Shown: positions 9,818-20,722 of the stretch, one piece after another
How positions within the stretch are numbered: position 1 is the stretch's first letter
How the letters are laid out: each line of letters opens with the position of its first letter
Assembly (NCBI GenBank): GCA_045533505.1
Contig: JAZSHY010000002.1
Coordinates: forward strand, 11,740 to 75,739
Reading direction: 5' to 3'
Length of the DNA: 64,000 nt
Source of the DNA: Eubacteriales bacterium
GTDB taxonomy: Bacteria > Bacillota > Clostridia > Oscillospirales > CAG-272
Made by a program: the position numbers and the translations under genes
The notes under the pieces: model-generated
The model's database searches: none
The model's input: the letters and a program-made list of their open reading frames with translations, nothing else
What the model was told of the DNA's origin: nothing

Positions 9818-12800
9818 AGAATTTTGTTCATTTGCACTTACACAGTGAATACAGTCTTCTGGACGGTGCTTGTCGTATTCGCGAAATAGCCAAGGCCGCG
9901 GCGGAGTGCGGGCACCGTGCGGTTGCCATCACCGACCACGGCGTGATGTATGGCGCCGTTTCCTTTTTTCGTGCCTGTCGGGATGTGGGGGTAAAGCCGA
10001 TTATAGGCTGCGAGGTGTATGTGGCGCAAAGGTCACGCCTCATGAAGGAGGGGAAGGGGGATGCTTCGGGATATCATCTTATCCTTCTTTGCAAAAATGA
10101 GGTGGGCTACCGCAATTTGATTGCCATGGTTTCATCGTCCTTTATAGACGGCTTTTATATGAAACCTCGTATTGACCTTTCGCTTCTCAAAGAGCACAGT
10201 GAGGGGCTGGTTGCCCTTTCGGGGTGCCTTGCGGGATATATTCCGCAAATGATTTTACTTGGCGATATGAAGGGGGCCGAGGAATACGCGCTCACCATGA
10301 AGGGAATTTTCGGAAAGGATTTCTATTTTGAAATCCAGAATCACGGAATTCCGGACGAAGCCACCGTGGTCTCGGCTTTGGTTGAGCTTTCTCGCAAATT
10401 GAATATTCCCTTGGTTGCCACCAATGATGTTCATTATATACATCGCGGTGATGCCGAAATTCAAGCCACTATGATGTGTATTCAAACCAACAGCGTTCTT
10501 TCGGAGGGGCGCCCGCTCGGTTTTGAAACCGATGAGTTTTATTACAAAACAACCAAGGAAATGACCGAGCTCTTCGGGGAAGTGCCTGAAGCCTTAGAAA
10601 ACACGGTGAAAATCGCCGATATGTGCGATTTTTCTTTCACATTCGGGAAGGTTCATATGCCAACCTTTCCGGCCCCTGAGGGGATATCTCACGGCGAGCT
10701 TCTCGCGCGGTACGTAGAGGAAGGCTTTCGTAACCGTGTCGACGAAGGAAGAATTACCTTTGCTGAGAGAACCGAGGAAGAATATCGGGCACGAATTGCT
10801 TATGAGCTTTCGGTGATCGGCACCATGGGCTTTGACGGATATTTTCTTATCGCAAGGGATTTTATTTCCTATGCCAAGGAGCATCAAATTCCCGTGGGGC
10901 CCGGAAGAGGCTCAGGTGCGGGGAGTATGGTTGCCTTTTGCGTAGGCATTACCGATATTGACCCGTTTGCACACGGCCTTCTCTTTGAGCGCTTTCTAAA
11001 CCCTGAGCGTTCGGCACTTCCCGACATTGACACCGACCTTTGTTATGTAAGGCGAGATGAGGTCATTTCCTACGTGAGAGAGAGATATGGCGAGGACCGT
11101 GTCGCGCAAATTATTACCTTCGGAACCTTGAGTGCTCGTGCTGCGATAAGAGATGTGGGGCGTGCGATGGGGCTACCCTATGCTGAGGTTGATGAAATTG
11201 CTAAAATGATACCTCAAGGACCGAAGGTTTTGCTTGCCGATGTCCTTGCGGGCGGGGAGCTCAGGAAAAGGTACGAAAGCTCCGAAACCGTGAAAAAACT
11301 GATGGATACAGCAATGGCTCTTGAGGGGATGCCGCGACACGCCTCTACCCATGCGGCGGGCATCGTAATTACCGAGGAGCCCTTATCTACCACCCTTCCC
11401 CTGGCAACAAACGGCGATGCGGTGGTAACTCAGTATGACATGGATACCGTAGCTGACCTCGGGCTTGTGAAATTTGACCTTTTGGGATTGCGCTATATTA
11501 CCGTTATTGCCGAGACTGAACGTGCGGTTCAAGCCCATACTCCCTCTTTTCGGATGGCAGAGGTGTCAACGGAGGACAGCGCAACCTATGCGCTTTTAAG
11601 TGCAGGTAAAACAGATGGCGTCTTTCAGATGGAGTCCGGAGGAATGCGCAAGCTTCTTATCGGCATGCGTCCACGAAATATACAGGATATTACGGCTGCC
11701 ATCGCTCTCTATCGCCCCGGCCCCATGGATTCCATACCGCATTATCTTGCTTGCCGCGAGGGGAAGGAGACTCCGTACTATGAGGTGGAGGCGCTTGCCG
11801 ATATCCTGAAGGATACAGAAGGGTGCATCGTCTATCAGGAGCAGGTTATGGAAATCTTCCGCAAGCTTGCCGGCTATTCTTATGCAAGGGCCGATATTGT
11901 GCGCCGCGCAATGTCTAAGAAAAAAAGTGATGTCATGGAGGCAGAGCTTGTTGGTTTTGTTGCCGGGGCAGCCGAAAGAGGGATTTCGGAGGCGGCGGCA
12001 AAAGCTATTTTTGCCAAAATGCAGAAATTTGCTGCCTATGCCTTCAATAAAAGCCACGCGGCTTCCTACGCCATGCTTTCCTTCCGCACGGCCTATCTTT
12101 TGGCACACTATCCCGCTGAGTATCTGGCATCGCTTCTCACCTCTGTGCTTGGTGATCAGAACAAAACGGCACAGTATATGGCGGAAGGAGTGAAGCGGGG
12201 GATTCGTATGCTTCCTCCCGACATTAACGAAAGTCAAAAGCTGTTTTCGGTCTCAGGGCGCCATATCCGATTTGGACTTCTGGCTTTGAGAAATGTGGGC
12301 GAGCCCTTTGCCGACGCTATTCTTCGCGAGAGGAGCCTCTCGCCCTTCCGTAGTTTTCAGGACTTTTTAGAGAGAATGTATCCACATGGCATGAACCGCC
12401 GCCAGGTGGAAGCTCTCATTAAAAGCGGTGCCTTTGATTCTCTCGGAGTATATCGCTCACGCCTCCTCTCCTCCTATGAAACAATGCTGAACGAGCTTTC
12501 AGAAAAGCATCATGCCAACGTTTCCGGGCAAATGGATATTTTCTCGTCAGGCTCCTCGCAGGAGGAAGCATTACAATCCTTTGCGTATCCTGAACTGCCA
12601 GAGCTTGACATGCATGAACTCCTGGTTCTTGAAAAAGAAAGCACAGGCATGTATTTTTCGGGACACATTATCGATGATTACAGTGAGCATAGAGACAGTC
12701 TTTCCTGTCACTCAATTCTGGATATCAATGCTGCGTTTTCGGGTGGAGAAGAGGGGAACGAGAGGTACTATGACGGTGCGCGTGTTACCGTAGGGGGGCT

Positions 12801-13284
12801 CCTGACGCGCCGCACCGACAAAAACCTGAAAAACGGCACAACAATGTGTGTCCTTACCCTTGAGGATCGTTATGGTGAAATCGGTGCAGTAGCCTTTTCC
12901 AAAACCTTGGAAAGATACGGCTCTCTTCTGCGCCCCGATATGGCTGTAGTACTTGAAGGGAAGCTTTCGTATAAGGAGGGGCAATTGCCCGAGGTAGTTG
13001 TCTATTCGGTTGCCGAATTGAGAAAAAACGGTGAAGCTGAGGTTCAGACTGCCAAGAAGACTCCCCCTGTTCGTCTTTATTTGCGTGTACCTTCGCTCGG
13101 TGATGAATGCACACATGCCGCGCTTCGTGCCGTCAAAATGGCAAAGGGCAGTACAGAGGTTGTGCTGTATGACAGCAGCACTTCCAAATATGTGACGGCC
13201 TCGGAATATCGCACCAATGTATCGGAGGCGCTTTTGCTTGCACTTGCGGAGATTTTAGGGAGCCAAAATGTCATTTATAAGTAG
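9814..13284 (+). CDS. dnaE: DNA polymerase III alpha subunit (DnaE type)
   Basis: 1156 aa with a PHP domain (FVHLHLHSEYSLLDG) and polymerase core motifs (PDIDTD, GLVKFDLLGL). Confidence 0.95.
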   Translation: MKNFVHLHLHSEYSLLDGACRIREIAKAAAECGHRAVAITDHGVMYGAVSFFRACRDVGVKPIIGCEVYVAQRSRLMKEGKGDASGYHLILLCKNEVGYRNLIAMVSSSFIDGFYMKPRIDLSLLKEHSEGLVALSGCLAGYIPQMILLGDMKGAEEYALTMKGIFGKDFYFEIQNHGIPDEATVVSALVELSRKLNIPLVATNDVHYIHRGDAEIQATMMCIQTNSVLSEGRPLGFETDEFYYKTTKEMTELFGEVPEALENTVKIADMCDFSFTFGKVHMPTFPAPEGISHGELLARYVEEGFRNRVDEGRITFAERTEEEYRARIAYELSVIGTMGFDGYFLIARDFISYAKEHQIPVGPGRGSGAGSMVAFCVGITDIDPFAHGLLFERFLNPERSALPDIDTDLCYVRRDEVISYVRERYGEDRVAQIITFGTLSARAAIRDVGRAMGLPYAEVDEIAKMIPQGPKVLLADVLAGGELRKRYESSETVKKLMDTAMALEGMPRHASTHAAGIVITEEPLSTTLPLATNGDAVVTQYDMDTVADLGLVKFDLLGLRYITVIAETERAVQAHTPSFRMAEVSTEDSATYALLSAGKTDGVFQMESGGMRKLLIGMRPRNIQDITAAIALYRPGPMDSIPHYLACREGKETPYYEVEALADILKDTEGCIVYQEQVMEIFRKLAGYSYARADIVRRAMSKKKSDVMEAELVGFVAGAAERGISEAAAKAIFAKMQKFAAYAFNKSHAASYAMLSFRTAYLLAHYPAEYLASLLTSVLGDQNKTAQYMAEGVKRGIRMLPPDINESQKLFSVSGRHIRFGLLALRNVGEPFADAILRERSLSPFRSFQDFLERMYPHGMNRRQVEALIKSGAFDSLGVYRSRLLSSYETMLNELSEKHHANVSGQMDIFSSGSSQEEALQSFAYPELPELDMHELLVLEKESTGMYFSGHIIDDYSEHRDSLSCHSILDINAAFSGGEEGNERYYDGARVTVGGLLTRRTDKNLKNGTTMCVLTLEDRYGEIGAVAFSKTLERYGSLLRPDMAVVLEGKLSYKEGQLPEVVVYSVAELRKNGEAEVQTAKKTPPVRLYLRVPSLGDECTHAALRAVKMAKGSTEVVLYDSSTSKYVTASEYRTNVSEALLLALAEILGSQNVIYK

Positions 13285-13293
13285 GGGCCTCTC

Positions 13294-13322
13294 TTGACAG
13301 CACCAACGGGAGGGTGTATAAT
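13294..13322 (+). promoter_or_regulatory. sigma-70-type promoter upstream of the cvpA-like gene
   Basis: TTGACA (13294..13299), 17-nt spacer, TATAAT (13317..13322). Confidence 0.5.
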
Positions 13323-13383
13323 AAGGACATCTTGGGTACAACTACTTTATATTGTAGAAATAAGAGAATAAGGAGTTTTTGTC

Positions 13384-14055
13384 ATGCTCGGTAATATTCT
13401 GCTTGACCTTGTTGTCGTCTTCTTTGTGTTTTTTGGTTTCTATTATGGCTGGCGCCGCGGTTTCCTGCGTATAGTCCTGAAGACCTTTTCGGGGCTGTTT
13501 TCCGCTGTGATTGCCATGAGCTTTTTCGGTGATTTTGGTGTCGTACTGAAGGAAAAATATTTTTTCTCGTATGTGCATGAAAAAATCAGCGCCGCTCTTT
13601 CCGATATGACAGCGGGGGTGGATTCTGCCTCTTTGGCTGAGTCTGTACCGAGCGGACTTCAAAATGCAGCGTCGCTCGTAGGTATCGACCTTACGGCTAT
13701 GGCAGAAAACGCCATGCAAACAGGGCAGAATGCCATTGCAGAGTTTGCCGAAACATCGAGCCATGCTATTTCACAATTTCTGGGCTCGGCGGCAGCATTT
13801 CTTATTCTGTTTGTCGCCTCCTTCTTCGTCATGCGTGTGCTTTCCACACCAATAAGTGGGCTCGTTATGAAGATTCCCGTCTTGGGCCATATCAATCGCT
13901 TTCTCGGCCTCTTGTTCGGCGCCCTTACTACGTTGATTATTGCCTGGCTCTTTGCGAAGCTTGTGGGCTTTTTAGATGACATGATGGGGATTTCCTTCTT
14001 CGAGGTAAAGGACGCTTGGATTACAGGACTCTTTTACAAGTTTTCGTTACTTTAA
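13384..14055 (+). CDS. CvpA-family membrane protein
   Basis: N-terminus ILLDLVVVFFVFFGFYYGWRRGF and four or more hydrophobic segments resemble the colicin V production (CvpA) family. Confidence 0.6.
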   Translation: MLGNILLDLVVVFFVFFGFYYGWRRGFLRIVLKTFSGLFSAVIAMSFFGDFGVVLKEKYFFSYVHEKISAALSDMTAGVDSASLAESVPSGLQNAASLVGIDLTAMAENAMQTGQNAIAEFAETSSHAISQFLGSAAAFLILFVASFFVMRVLSTPISGLVMKIPVLGHINRFLGLLFGALTTLIIAWLFAKLVGFLDDMMGISFFEVKDAWITGLFYKFSLL

Positions 14056-14098
14056 TGCAAAGGTCACAGTGAGTGTATAAGGTTAAATAGGGTAGAGA

Positions 14099-16402
14099 AT
14101 GAAAATGCAAATGTGCGCTAAATGCCAGCGGCGGGTTGCCGTGGTGTTTATTACCAGAATGGATAAGGAAGGCACGGTAAACGAAGGTCTTTGCCTTAAT
14201 TGCGCAAGAGAACTCGGTATAAAGCCGGTCAACGATATGCTTGAAAGAATAGGGGTCAGTGAAGAGGACCTTGATCGCATGTCAGAGGATTTGCGCAATA
14301 CGCTTGCTGAAATGGAGGACGGTGAGGACGACGGAGAGGATGGAGGTGCTCCCGCCATTGATCTTCCTCAGCTTTTTCAGAACCTCGGGTTCCCGATCAG
14401 AAGGAAGGATTCCGAGGAGTCTGCGCCACCGTCTTCGCGAAAGGAAAAAGAAAAGACAAAGCGGGAGAAACGGAAGTTTCTCGACACATACTGTAAGAAT
14501 CTTACGGCAGTGGCCGCCGAAGGGAAGCTTGACCGCATTGTCGGGCGTGAGCGCGAGCTTGAGCGTGTCATTCAGATTCTGTCACGTCGTCAGAAGAACA
14601 ATCCCTGCTTGATTGGTGAGCCCGGTGTGGGAAAAACGGCGATTGCCGAGGCTTTGGCGCTCAGGATTGTGGCGGGGCAGGTTCCCTATCGGTTGAAAAA
14701 TGCCGAGGTCTATCTTGTGGACCTTACCGCGCTTGTCGCGGGGACGCAGTTCCGCGGTCAGTTTGAATCCCGTATTCTTGGCCTTATTTCCGAGGTGAAG
14801 GCAGCGGGGAACATCATTCTTGTTATTGACGAGGTTCACAATATTGTCGGCGCCGGCGAAAGCGAAGGCAGCATGAACGCCGCCAATATTCTGAAGCCTG
14901 CGCTCTCACGCGGAGAAATCCAGGTAATCGGGGCCACAACCCTGAAAGAATACCGCAAGTTCATCGAAAAGGACAGTGCGCTTGAGAGGCGTTTTCAGCC
15001 TGTAACCGTTCTTGAACCCTCAATTGAGGAAACAGTAGAAATGCTGCGCGGCATCAAGGATTATTATGTGAACTTTCACTCTGTGAAAATTCCCGATGAA
15101 ATTCTGCGTATAGCTGCCGATTATTCGGAAAGGTATATTACAGACCGCTTTCTTCCCGATAAGGCGATTGACCTTTTGGATGAGGCGGCAGCTCATCGCG
15201 CACTTGCCACTCCCGAGCTCGGCAGGCTCCGCGCTCTTGAAGGAGAGCTTACCTCTATTGCAGAAGCTAAGTCGGCATTGGAGTCGAAGCCCGATGAGGG
15301 GGAAGCGAAGAAAAATGAGGAAAAGTATAGAGAAATTGCCGATCTTACTGTTCGGGAGCTCAAGCTTCGTGAGGAGCTGACTTCTCTTAGAGAGATTTGC
15401 GACAGGGTTTCTGTAACAGCTGATGACCTTGCCGGGGTAATTGAAATTTGGACGGGAATTCCCGCCAGCTCTATCAGTGTCAACGAGTTTCATCATTTGG
15501 ATGGTCTTGAAGAGCGAATGGGCCGCCGCATCATCGGTCAAAGCACCGCTGTGCATGCTGTCGCGCGGGCCATCAAGCGAAAAAGAGCAGGTGTTTCTGT
15601 GCGTCATGCCCCCATCTCCTTTATCTTTGCGGGACCGACGGGTGTCGGCAAAACCGAGCTTGTCAAGGTTTTGGCACAGGACCTGTTCCGCCAGCCCGAT
15701 ACCTTGATACGTCTTGACATGTCCGAATATATGGAAAAGCATTCGGTCTCAAAGTTGATTGGGGCGCCTCCCGGTTATATTGGCTTTGACGAGGCAGGGC
15801 AGCTCACCGAAAAAATTCGAAGAAGGCCTTATTCGGTGATTTTGTTCGATGAAATCGAAAAGGCGCATGCCGATGTTTTGAACATTCTTTTACAGGTGCT
15901 TGACGATGGGAAGCTCACCGATGCCTCCGGGCGTGTGGTCAATTTTGAAAACACTATTATTATCATGACCACAAATGCGGGGAGCGAGCGCGGAGCGGCA
16001 ATTTCCGGTTTTTCGGAATCGCAGGAAATTCAGGCGAAGGAGCGCACGGAACGCGCCCTTTCCACTTTCTTGCGCCCCGAGTTTTTGAATCGTATTGATG
16101 AAATTATTACCTTCCGTTCTCTTTCGAGGGAGGACTTTGTCGAAATAGCAAGATTGCAGATTGCGGAGCTTGCTGATGTTCTGGCATCCCGCGGTGTTCA
16201 TCTTGAATGCGACGAGCAGGCCTATCGCTTTATTGCCGAAAGCTCCTATTCCGAAAAGTTTGGGGCAAGAAATATGAGGCGGTGGCTGGAAACTCACGTA
16301 GAGGATATTCTTGCGGAAGAGATGATACTTCATTATGACACGAAGGTGACCGAGGCCGCCATTCGGGTTGAAGATGATAAATTAAGCATTATTTGCATGT
16401 AA
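14099..16402 (+). CDS. clpE: ClpE-type AAA+ Clp ATPase (two ATPase modules, N-terminal zinc ribbon)
   Basis: CAKC-x22-CLNC zinc ribbon replaces the Clp N-repeats. Two Walker A boxes ([16 protein letters not shown]). A coiled-coil linker lies between D1 and D2. Confidence 0.8.
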   Translation: MKMQMCAKCQRRVAVVFITRMDKEGTVNEGLCLNCARELGIKPVNDMLERIGVSEEDLDRMSEDLRNTLAEMEDGEDDGEDGGAPAIDLPQLFQNLGFPIRRKDSEESAPPSSRKEKEKTKREKRKFLDTYCKNLTAVAAEGKLDRIVGRERELERVIQILSRRQKNNPCLIGEPGVGKTAIAEALALRIVAGQVPYRLKNAEVYLVDLTALVAGTQFRGQFESRILGLISEVKAAGNIILVIDEVHNIVGAGESEGSMNAANILKPALSRGEIQVIGATTLKEYRKFIEKDSALERRFQPVTVLEPSIEETVEMLRGIKDYYVNFHSVKIPDEILRIAADYSERYITDRFLPDKAIDLLDEAAAHRALATPELGRLRALEGELTSIAEAKSALESKPDEGEAKKNEEKYREIADLTVRELKLREELTSLREICDRVSVTADDLAGVIEIWTGIPASSISVNEFHHLDGLEERMGRRIIGQSTAVHAVARAIKRKRAGVSVRHAPISFIFAGPTGVGKTELVKVLAQDLFRQPDTLIRLDMSEYMEKHSVSKLIGAPPGYIGFDEAGQLTEKIRRRPYSVILFDEIEKAHADVLNILLQVLDDGKLTDASGRVVNFENTIIIMTTNAGSERGAAISGFSESQEIQAKERTERALSTFLRPEFLNRIDEIITFRSLSREDFVEIARLQIAELADVLASRGVHLECDEQAYRFIAESSYSEKFGARNMRRWLETHVEDILAEEMILHYDTKVTEAAIRVEDDKLSIICM

Positions 16403-16423
16403 AACAGGGAGAAATAATACACC

Positions 16424-17260
16424 ATGGCAGAATGCACTCACAATTGCAGTACTTGCACACAGAAATGCGGTGAACAGGATAAGGCGTCCCTTTTGGCCGC
16501 CCCGAATCCCGGTAGCCGTATCAAGCATATTATCGGTATTGTCAGCGGAAAGGGCGGGGTTGGAAAATCTTCGGTCACCTCGATGCTTGCTGTTGCTGCT
16601 TCTCGTCGCGGCTATAACGTCGGCATTATGGATGCCGACGTGACAGGCCCTTCTATTCCAAAGGCGTTTGGTCTGCACACCGGCACCATTCTTGGTGACG
16701 AAAACGGTATGATTCCCGCAAAGACACCCGGCGGCATCCGTGTAATGTCGGTCAATCTCCTTTTGGAGGAGGAGGAAAAGCCCGTGGTATGGCGAGGGCC
16801 TGTCATTGCGGGTGTCATTACACAATTTTATACCGATGTCGCATGGGGCGATGTGGATTATCTTTTCATTGATATGCCTCCGGGAACGGGCGATGTGTCG
16901 CTTACCGTCTTCCAGAGCCTGCCGCTTACGGGCATCGTTGTTGTGACAAGCCCTCAGGAGCTTGTTTCGATGATTGTACAAAAGGCAGTTTCCATGGCCG
17001 AGATGATGCAGGTTCCTCTTCTTGGCTTCGTGGAGAATTTTAGCTATTTTACCTGTCCCGATTGCGGGCACGAGCACAAAATCTTTGGGGAAAGTCATAT
17101 TGAGTCTGTTGCCAAGAAAAACAACACCCGAGTTTTGGCTCGGTTGCCTTTTGATACTACGGTTTCCGGGCTTTGTGACAGGGGTATGGCTGAAAGCATC
17201 AACACCGCATCTATCGACGAAGCCTTCAAGACTATCGATGCGCTTTGCCAAAGAACCTGA
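16424..17260 (+). CDS. mrp: Mrp/NBP35-family Fe-S cluster carrier ATPase
   Basis: Deviant Walker A GKGGVGKSS, a CPDCGH motif and an N-terminal Cys-rich tag. Confidence 0.85.
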   Translation: MAECTHNCSTCTQKCGEQDKASLLAAPNPGSRIKHIIGIVSGKGGVGKSSVTSMLAVAASRRGYNVGIMDADVTGPSIPKAFGLHTGTILGDENGMIPAKTPGGIRVMSVNLLLEEEEKPVVWRGPVIAGVITQFYTDVAWGDVDYLFIDMPPGTGDVSLTVFQSLPLTGIVVVTSPQELVSMIVQKAVSMAEMMQVPLLGFVENFSYFTCPDCGHEHKIFGESHIESVAKKNNTRVLARLPFDTTVSGLCDRGMAESINTASIDEAFKTIDALCQRT

Positions 17261-17283
17261 TTAATATTGCATATAAATTGAAG

Positions 17284-17316
17284 AGCAGCAAGGGTTACAC
17301 CGTGCTGCTTTTTCTT
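17284..17316 (+). terminator. rho-independent terminator after mrp
   Basis: AGCAGCA (17284..17290) pairs with TGCTGCT (17303..17309), followed by TTTTTC. Confidence 0.5.
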
Positions 17317-17457
17317 TGCGGATTCTTGCGGCGTTGCTTCTTGATTCTTGTCCAGATTTCGGCACATAATCACGAAAATAATCATTTATTTTGGCCTTGA
17401 TGTGACATATTCCATAGGTGTAATCTCATATAATAGAGATAAGAAAGGATTGATAAA

Positions 17458-18333
17458 ATGCCGGTTGTTTATGTAGATGTTTTGTTTATCATAAATGCGT
17501 GTATGGACTTTCTTGCATTGCGTCTTGCGGGCTCTCTTTTGCACTTGCCAATGCGATGGCGTCCGTTACTCTTTTCTTCTTTTCTTGGGGGTATATACGC
17601 AGTACTTTCCGTCTTGTTTCCGGGGAATACCGTGGTTTCTGCCTTTATTGGCCTGGCGGTTGCCATGCTTCTTTGTTTTATCGCATTCGGTAAGGAATGC
17701 GGAATGCGCAGCTTTTATGCCGTATGTATCCTCTTTTTTTTCTCCTCGCTGCTTCTTGGGGGGATGATTACCGCCTTTTATAATTTTCTCGCACGGTTTT
17801 TCAGCAATCGCGAGGAGCTGCTTCATGCGCTTTTGGAGGGAGACGGCAAGCTTGCATTCTTCTTTGGGCTCATGCTTTTTTCGGGGTTTATTGCAACACT
17901 TGCTTATCGGCGTCTCGGCACAAAAACGCTGACACAAGAAATCATTCTTACGCTTTGGGAATCGGGGCGTGCAACCGAAATCACTGCCTTTGTTGACAGC
18001 GGGAATCATTTGCTTGACCCCCTGTCAGGGCGCCCCTGTATCGTTCTGAACGCAAAGGCACTCGGGGATATCATTCCGCATGACATTGTTTCTTTTTCAA
18101 AAGGTCATGAGCTGGACCCCGTCAAGCTTTCGGCAAAAAATCTTCGCCGTATTCGTCTTGTTCCCACCCGTTCCATCGGGGGAGAGAGACTCCTTGTGGG
18201 ATACATACCTGACAGAGTAACAATAGGAAGGGGGAGCGAAGCACGGAGTGTCGATGCCCTTGTTGTGCTCGATATGGGGGAACATGATTTTTCCGGATGT
18301 AACGCTTTGCTTCCCGCAAGCTTACTTACATAA
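17458..18333 (+). CDS. spoIIGA: sigma-E processing aspartic peptidase SpoIIGA
   Basis: Polytopic N-terminal half plus the FVDSGNHLLDP aspartic-protease motif. Lies immediately upstream of a pro-sigma-E gene. Confidence 0.85.
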   Translation: MPVVYVDVLFIINACMDFLALRLAGSLLHLPMRWRPLLFSSFLGGIYAVLSVLFPGNTVVSAFIGLAVAMLLCFIAFGKECGMRSFYAVCILFFFSSLLLGGMITAFYNFLARFFSNREELLHALLEGDGKLAFFFGLMLFSGFIATLAYRRLGTKTLTQEIILTLWESGRATEITAFVDSGNHLLDPLSGRPCIVLNAKALGDIIPHDIVSFSKGHELDPVKLSAKNLRRIRLVPTRSIGGERLLVGYIPDRVTIGRGSEARSVDALVVLDMGEHDFSGCNALLPASLLT

Positions 18334-18345
18334 TTGGAGGTGACT

Positions 18346-19074
18346 ATGAAATTTTTTTTGTGGATTGCTAGGGTGTGGAAAGCATTCAAAAATTGTATAC
18401 GCCGTCTTTTTTTGCCTAAAAACTGGGGAGAGATATATTATATTAATGGCGCCACGGCTCTTCCTGCTCCCCTTACCCACGAGGAGGAATATGAGCTTCT
18501 TATGCGAATTCGCGAGGATGAAAGCCTGAAAAAGGTTCTTGTAGAGCGAAATCTCCGTCTTGTTGTATATATTGCCAAGAAATTCGAAAGCACGGGAATC
18601 AATATAGAGGATTTGATTTCCATTGGTACTGTGGGACTTATGAAAGCGGCCAACACCTTTGAGCCCGCAAAAAATATAAAGTTGGCTACATATGCATCGC
18701 GGTGCATTGAAAACGAAATTTTAATGTATCTCAGAAAGACCAGCGGACAAAAACGAGAGATTTCTATTGATGAGCCACTTAATGTGGATTGGGACGGCAA
18801 TGAGCTCTTACTTTCGGATATTTTGGGAAGTGAGCCCGATGTAGTATGCCGCCGTATTGAGGAGGCGGAGGAGCGCAAGTTGGTACGTCAATCGGTGGCA
18901 GGGCTTGCCAAGCGCGAACGGGAAATCATCGAGCTTCGCTTTGGGTTGAACGGCGGTCAGGAGCGTACCCAAAAGGAGGTGGCAGAGCTTTTGGGGATTT
19001 CACAATCCTATATTTCTCGCTTAGAGAAGAAGATTATGGAACGGCTCCGTATTGAAATGTCAGAAAAAATATAA
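18346..19074 (+). CDS. sigE: sporulation sigma factor SigE (pro-sigma-E)
   Basis: Pro-sequence followed by [13 protein letters not shown]. Region 2 is [32 protein letters not shown]. Region 4 is an HTH. Position after spoIIGA supports the call. Confidence 0.85.
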   Translation: MKFFLWIARVWKAFKNCIRRLFLPKNWGEIYYINGATALPAPLTHEEEYELLMRIREDESLKKVLVERNLRLVVYIAKKFESTGINIEDLISIGTVGLMKAANTFEPAKNIKLATYASRCIENEILMYLRKTSGQKREISIDEPLNVDWDGNELLLSDILGSEPDVVCRRIEEAEERKLVRQSVAGLAKREREIIELRFGLNGGQERTQKEVAELLGISQSYISRLEKKIMERLRIEMSEKI

Positions 19075-19091
19075 AAAATTGAAAAAAAGGC

Positions 19092-19120
19092 TTGCAAATT
19101 CCATTTTGCTGTGCTATAAT
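19092..19120 (+). promoter_or_regulatory. sigma-70-type promoter for rpmE
   Basis: TTGCAA (19092..19097), 17-nt spacer, TATAAT (19115..19120). Confidence 0.5.
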
Positions 19121-19157
19121 GGTTCAGTAATTATGAAAGTTCAAAGAGGTGAAAGCA

Positions 19158-19364
19158 ATGAAATCTGGAATTCATCCCGATTACAAGCCTGCTACTATTC
19201 GTTGTGCTTGCGGTAATACGGTTGTTTCTCATTCCGTGAAGGGCGATATGATGGTGGACATTTGCTCCAAGTGCCATCCTTTCTTTACCGGTAAGCAGAA
19301 GTTTGTAGATGCCGGAGGTCGTGTTGACCGTTTCAAGAAGCGGTTGGCAGCCAGCAGCAAGTAA
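19158..19364 (+). CDS. rpmE: 50S ribosomal protein L31
   Basis: MKSGIHPDY.. with Cx[11 protein letters not shown] Zn-type L31 motifs. AAAGAGGTG lies upstream of the ATG at 19158. Confidence 0.9.
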   Translation: MKSGIHPDYKPATIRCACGNTVVSHSVKGDMMVDICSKCHPFFTGKQKFVDAGGRVDRFKKRLAASSK

Positions 19365-19374
19365 AAAATCGAAG

Positions 19375-19415
19375 AAAAACGGCGTGGCGAGTTTGGCTCA
19401 CACGCCGTTTTTCTC
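19375..19415 (+). terminator. rho-independent terminator after rpmE
   Basis: AAAAACGGCGTG...CACGCCGTTTTT hairpin followed by a T-run. Confidence 0.7.
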
Positions 19416-19435
19416 TCTATAAGGAGTGTCGAAGA

Positions 19436-20722
19436 ATGTCATTAAAGGATACGGTAGGCACACGTGCCGTTCTGGTGGCTATTGCGCCTTCCGGAAAGAA
19501 CGTGCCGGAGGTAGAACGGGATCTTAAGGAGCTGGAACGCCTTCTGGAAACCGCCGGCGGGACGGCTGTGGCCCATCTTTTGCAAATCAAGGAGAGCCCG
19601 AATTCCAACACGTATCTTGGCAGCGGAAAAATAGAAGAGCTGCGCGAGCTTTGCAAAAACGAAGAGGCGGACCTTGTTGTTTTTAACGATGAGCTTTCGC
19701 CCTCGCAAATCCGCAATATCGAAGAGGAGCTGGACGGCCCTACCGTATGTGACCGTTCTATGTTGATTCTCGATATTTTTGCGCTTCATGCCGTAACGAG
19801 CGAGGGTAAGCTTCAGGTGGAGCTTGCTCAGCTTAAATATACCGCACCAAGGCTCCGAGGGAAGGGAGCCTTGCTTTCCCGGCAGGAGGGTCGTATCGGG
19901 ACACGCGGCCCGGGCGAATCCAAGCTTGAAATCGACAAACGGTATTTACATCGCCGTATTGCGGCACTTGAAGCGGATTTGCGAGAATTGGAAGAAAACC
20001 GTGCCACAAGAAGAGCCGCGCGCGAACGGAACGGTATCCCCAAAATTACCATCGTCGGCTACACAAACGCAGGGAAGTCCACTCTCTTGAACGCGCTCAC
20101 TGATGCGGGAGTGTTATGCGAGGATAAGTTGTTTGCCACACTTGATTCCACCACGCGCTCGCTCTTTCTCCCCGACGGAAAAAAGGTGCTTCTTACCGAC
20201 ACCGTAGGGTTTATTCGCCATCTGCCGCACCAGCTGATACATGCCTTCCATTCGACACTTGAGGAGGCGATGCTTGCAGACGTCCTTCTTCTTCTGGCCG
20301 ATGTGTCTGACCCCGAATGCGAGGAGCAGCTCTCTGTTACCAAGGAGCTGTTATCCGATCTTGGTGCCGCGGATATCCCGCAATTGGTAGTATATAATAA
20401 ATGTGACCTCGCCGCCTCGTTTTCACCCGAGGCCTACAATTTTGGGCCCAATTCCGCAAATCGGATTTTCATTTCCGCACGTGACGGCAGGGGAGTGGAT
20501 AACCTTCTCCTTGCCATTTCCGATATGCTGAACCGGAACATGCACGAGGTGTCTCTTTTTCTCCCTTACACCGATGCGGGTATATTGAATCTTCTGCGTG
20601 ATGAGTGCCCGTTTTTGGAAGAACCCGAGTATACAGAGGACGGTATTTGCGTAAAAGTCCTTCTGAATGACAAAAAATATGGCAGATTTTCAAGGTTTAT
20701 TGTTGGGCAGGATAAAAAATGA
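19436..20722 (+). CDS. hflX: GTPase HflX
   Basis: HflX N-domain (LQVELAQLKY..PRL), G1 motif GYTNAGKSTLLN and a DTVGF motif. Confidence 0.9.
   Translation: MSLKDTVGTRAVLVAIAPSGKNVPEVERDLKELERLLETAGGTAVAHLLQIKESPNSNTYLGSGKIEELRELCKNEEADLVVFNDELSPSQIRNIEEELDGPTVCDRSMLILDIFALHAVTSEGKLQVELAQLKYTAPRLRGKGALLSRQEGRIGTRGPGESKLEIDKRYLHRRIAALEADLRELEENRATRRAARERNGIPKITIVGYTNAGKSTLLNALTDAGVLCEDKLFATLDSTTRSLFLPDGKKVLLTDTVGFIRHLPHQLIHAFHSTLEEAMLADVLLLLADVSDPECEEQLSVTKELLSDLGAADIPQLVVYNKCDLAASFSPEAYNFGPNSANRIFISARDGRGVDNLLLAISDMLNRNMHEVSLFLPYTDAGILNLLRDECPFLEEPEYTEDGICVKVLLNDKKYGRFSRFIVGQDKK

Noticed and set aside
16382-17251. 289-aa minus-strand ORF, with similar antisense ORFs at 25335..26111, 35963..36799, 49999..50946, 51313..52722 and 53126..53905
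   Set aside because: All lie opposite genes with unambiguous family motifs (mrp, sigma-70, trpB, oadB, oadA, ftsH). Their translations are biased (R/H/C/G-rich) and they lack ribosome-binding sites.
17320-17457. Spo0A boxes upstream of spoIIGA (TTCGGCA at about 17357, TGTGACA at about 17402)
   Set aside because: Each differs from the TGTCGAA/TTCGACA consensus. I could not define a convincing -35/-10 pair with the spacing known for spoIIG promoters. It is too weak to call from sequence alone.
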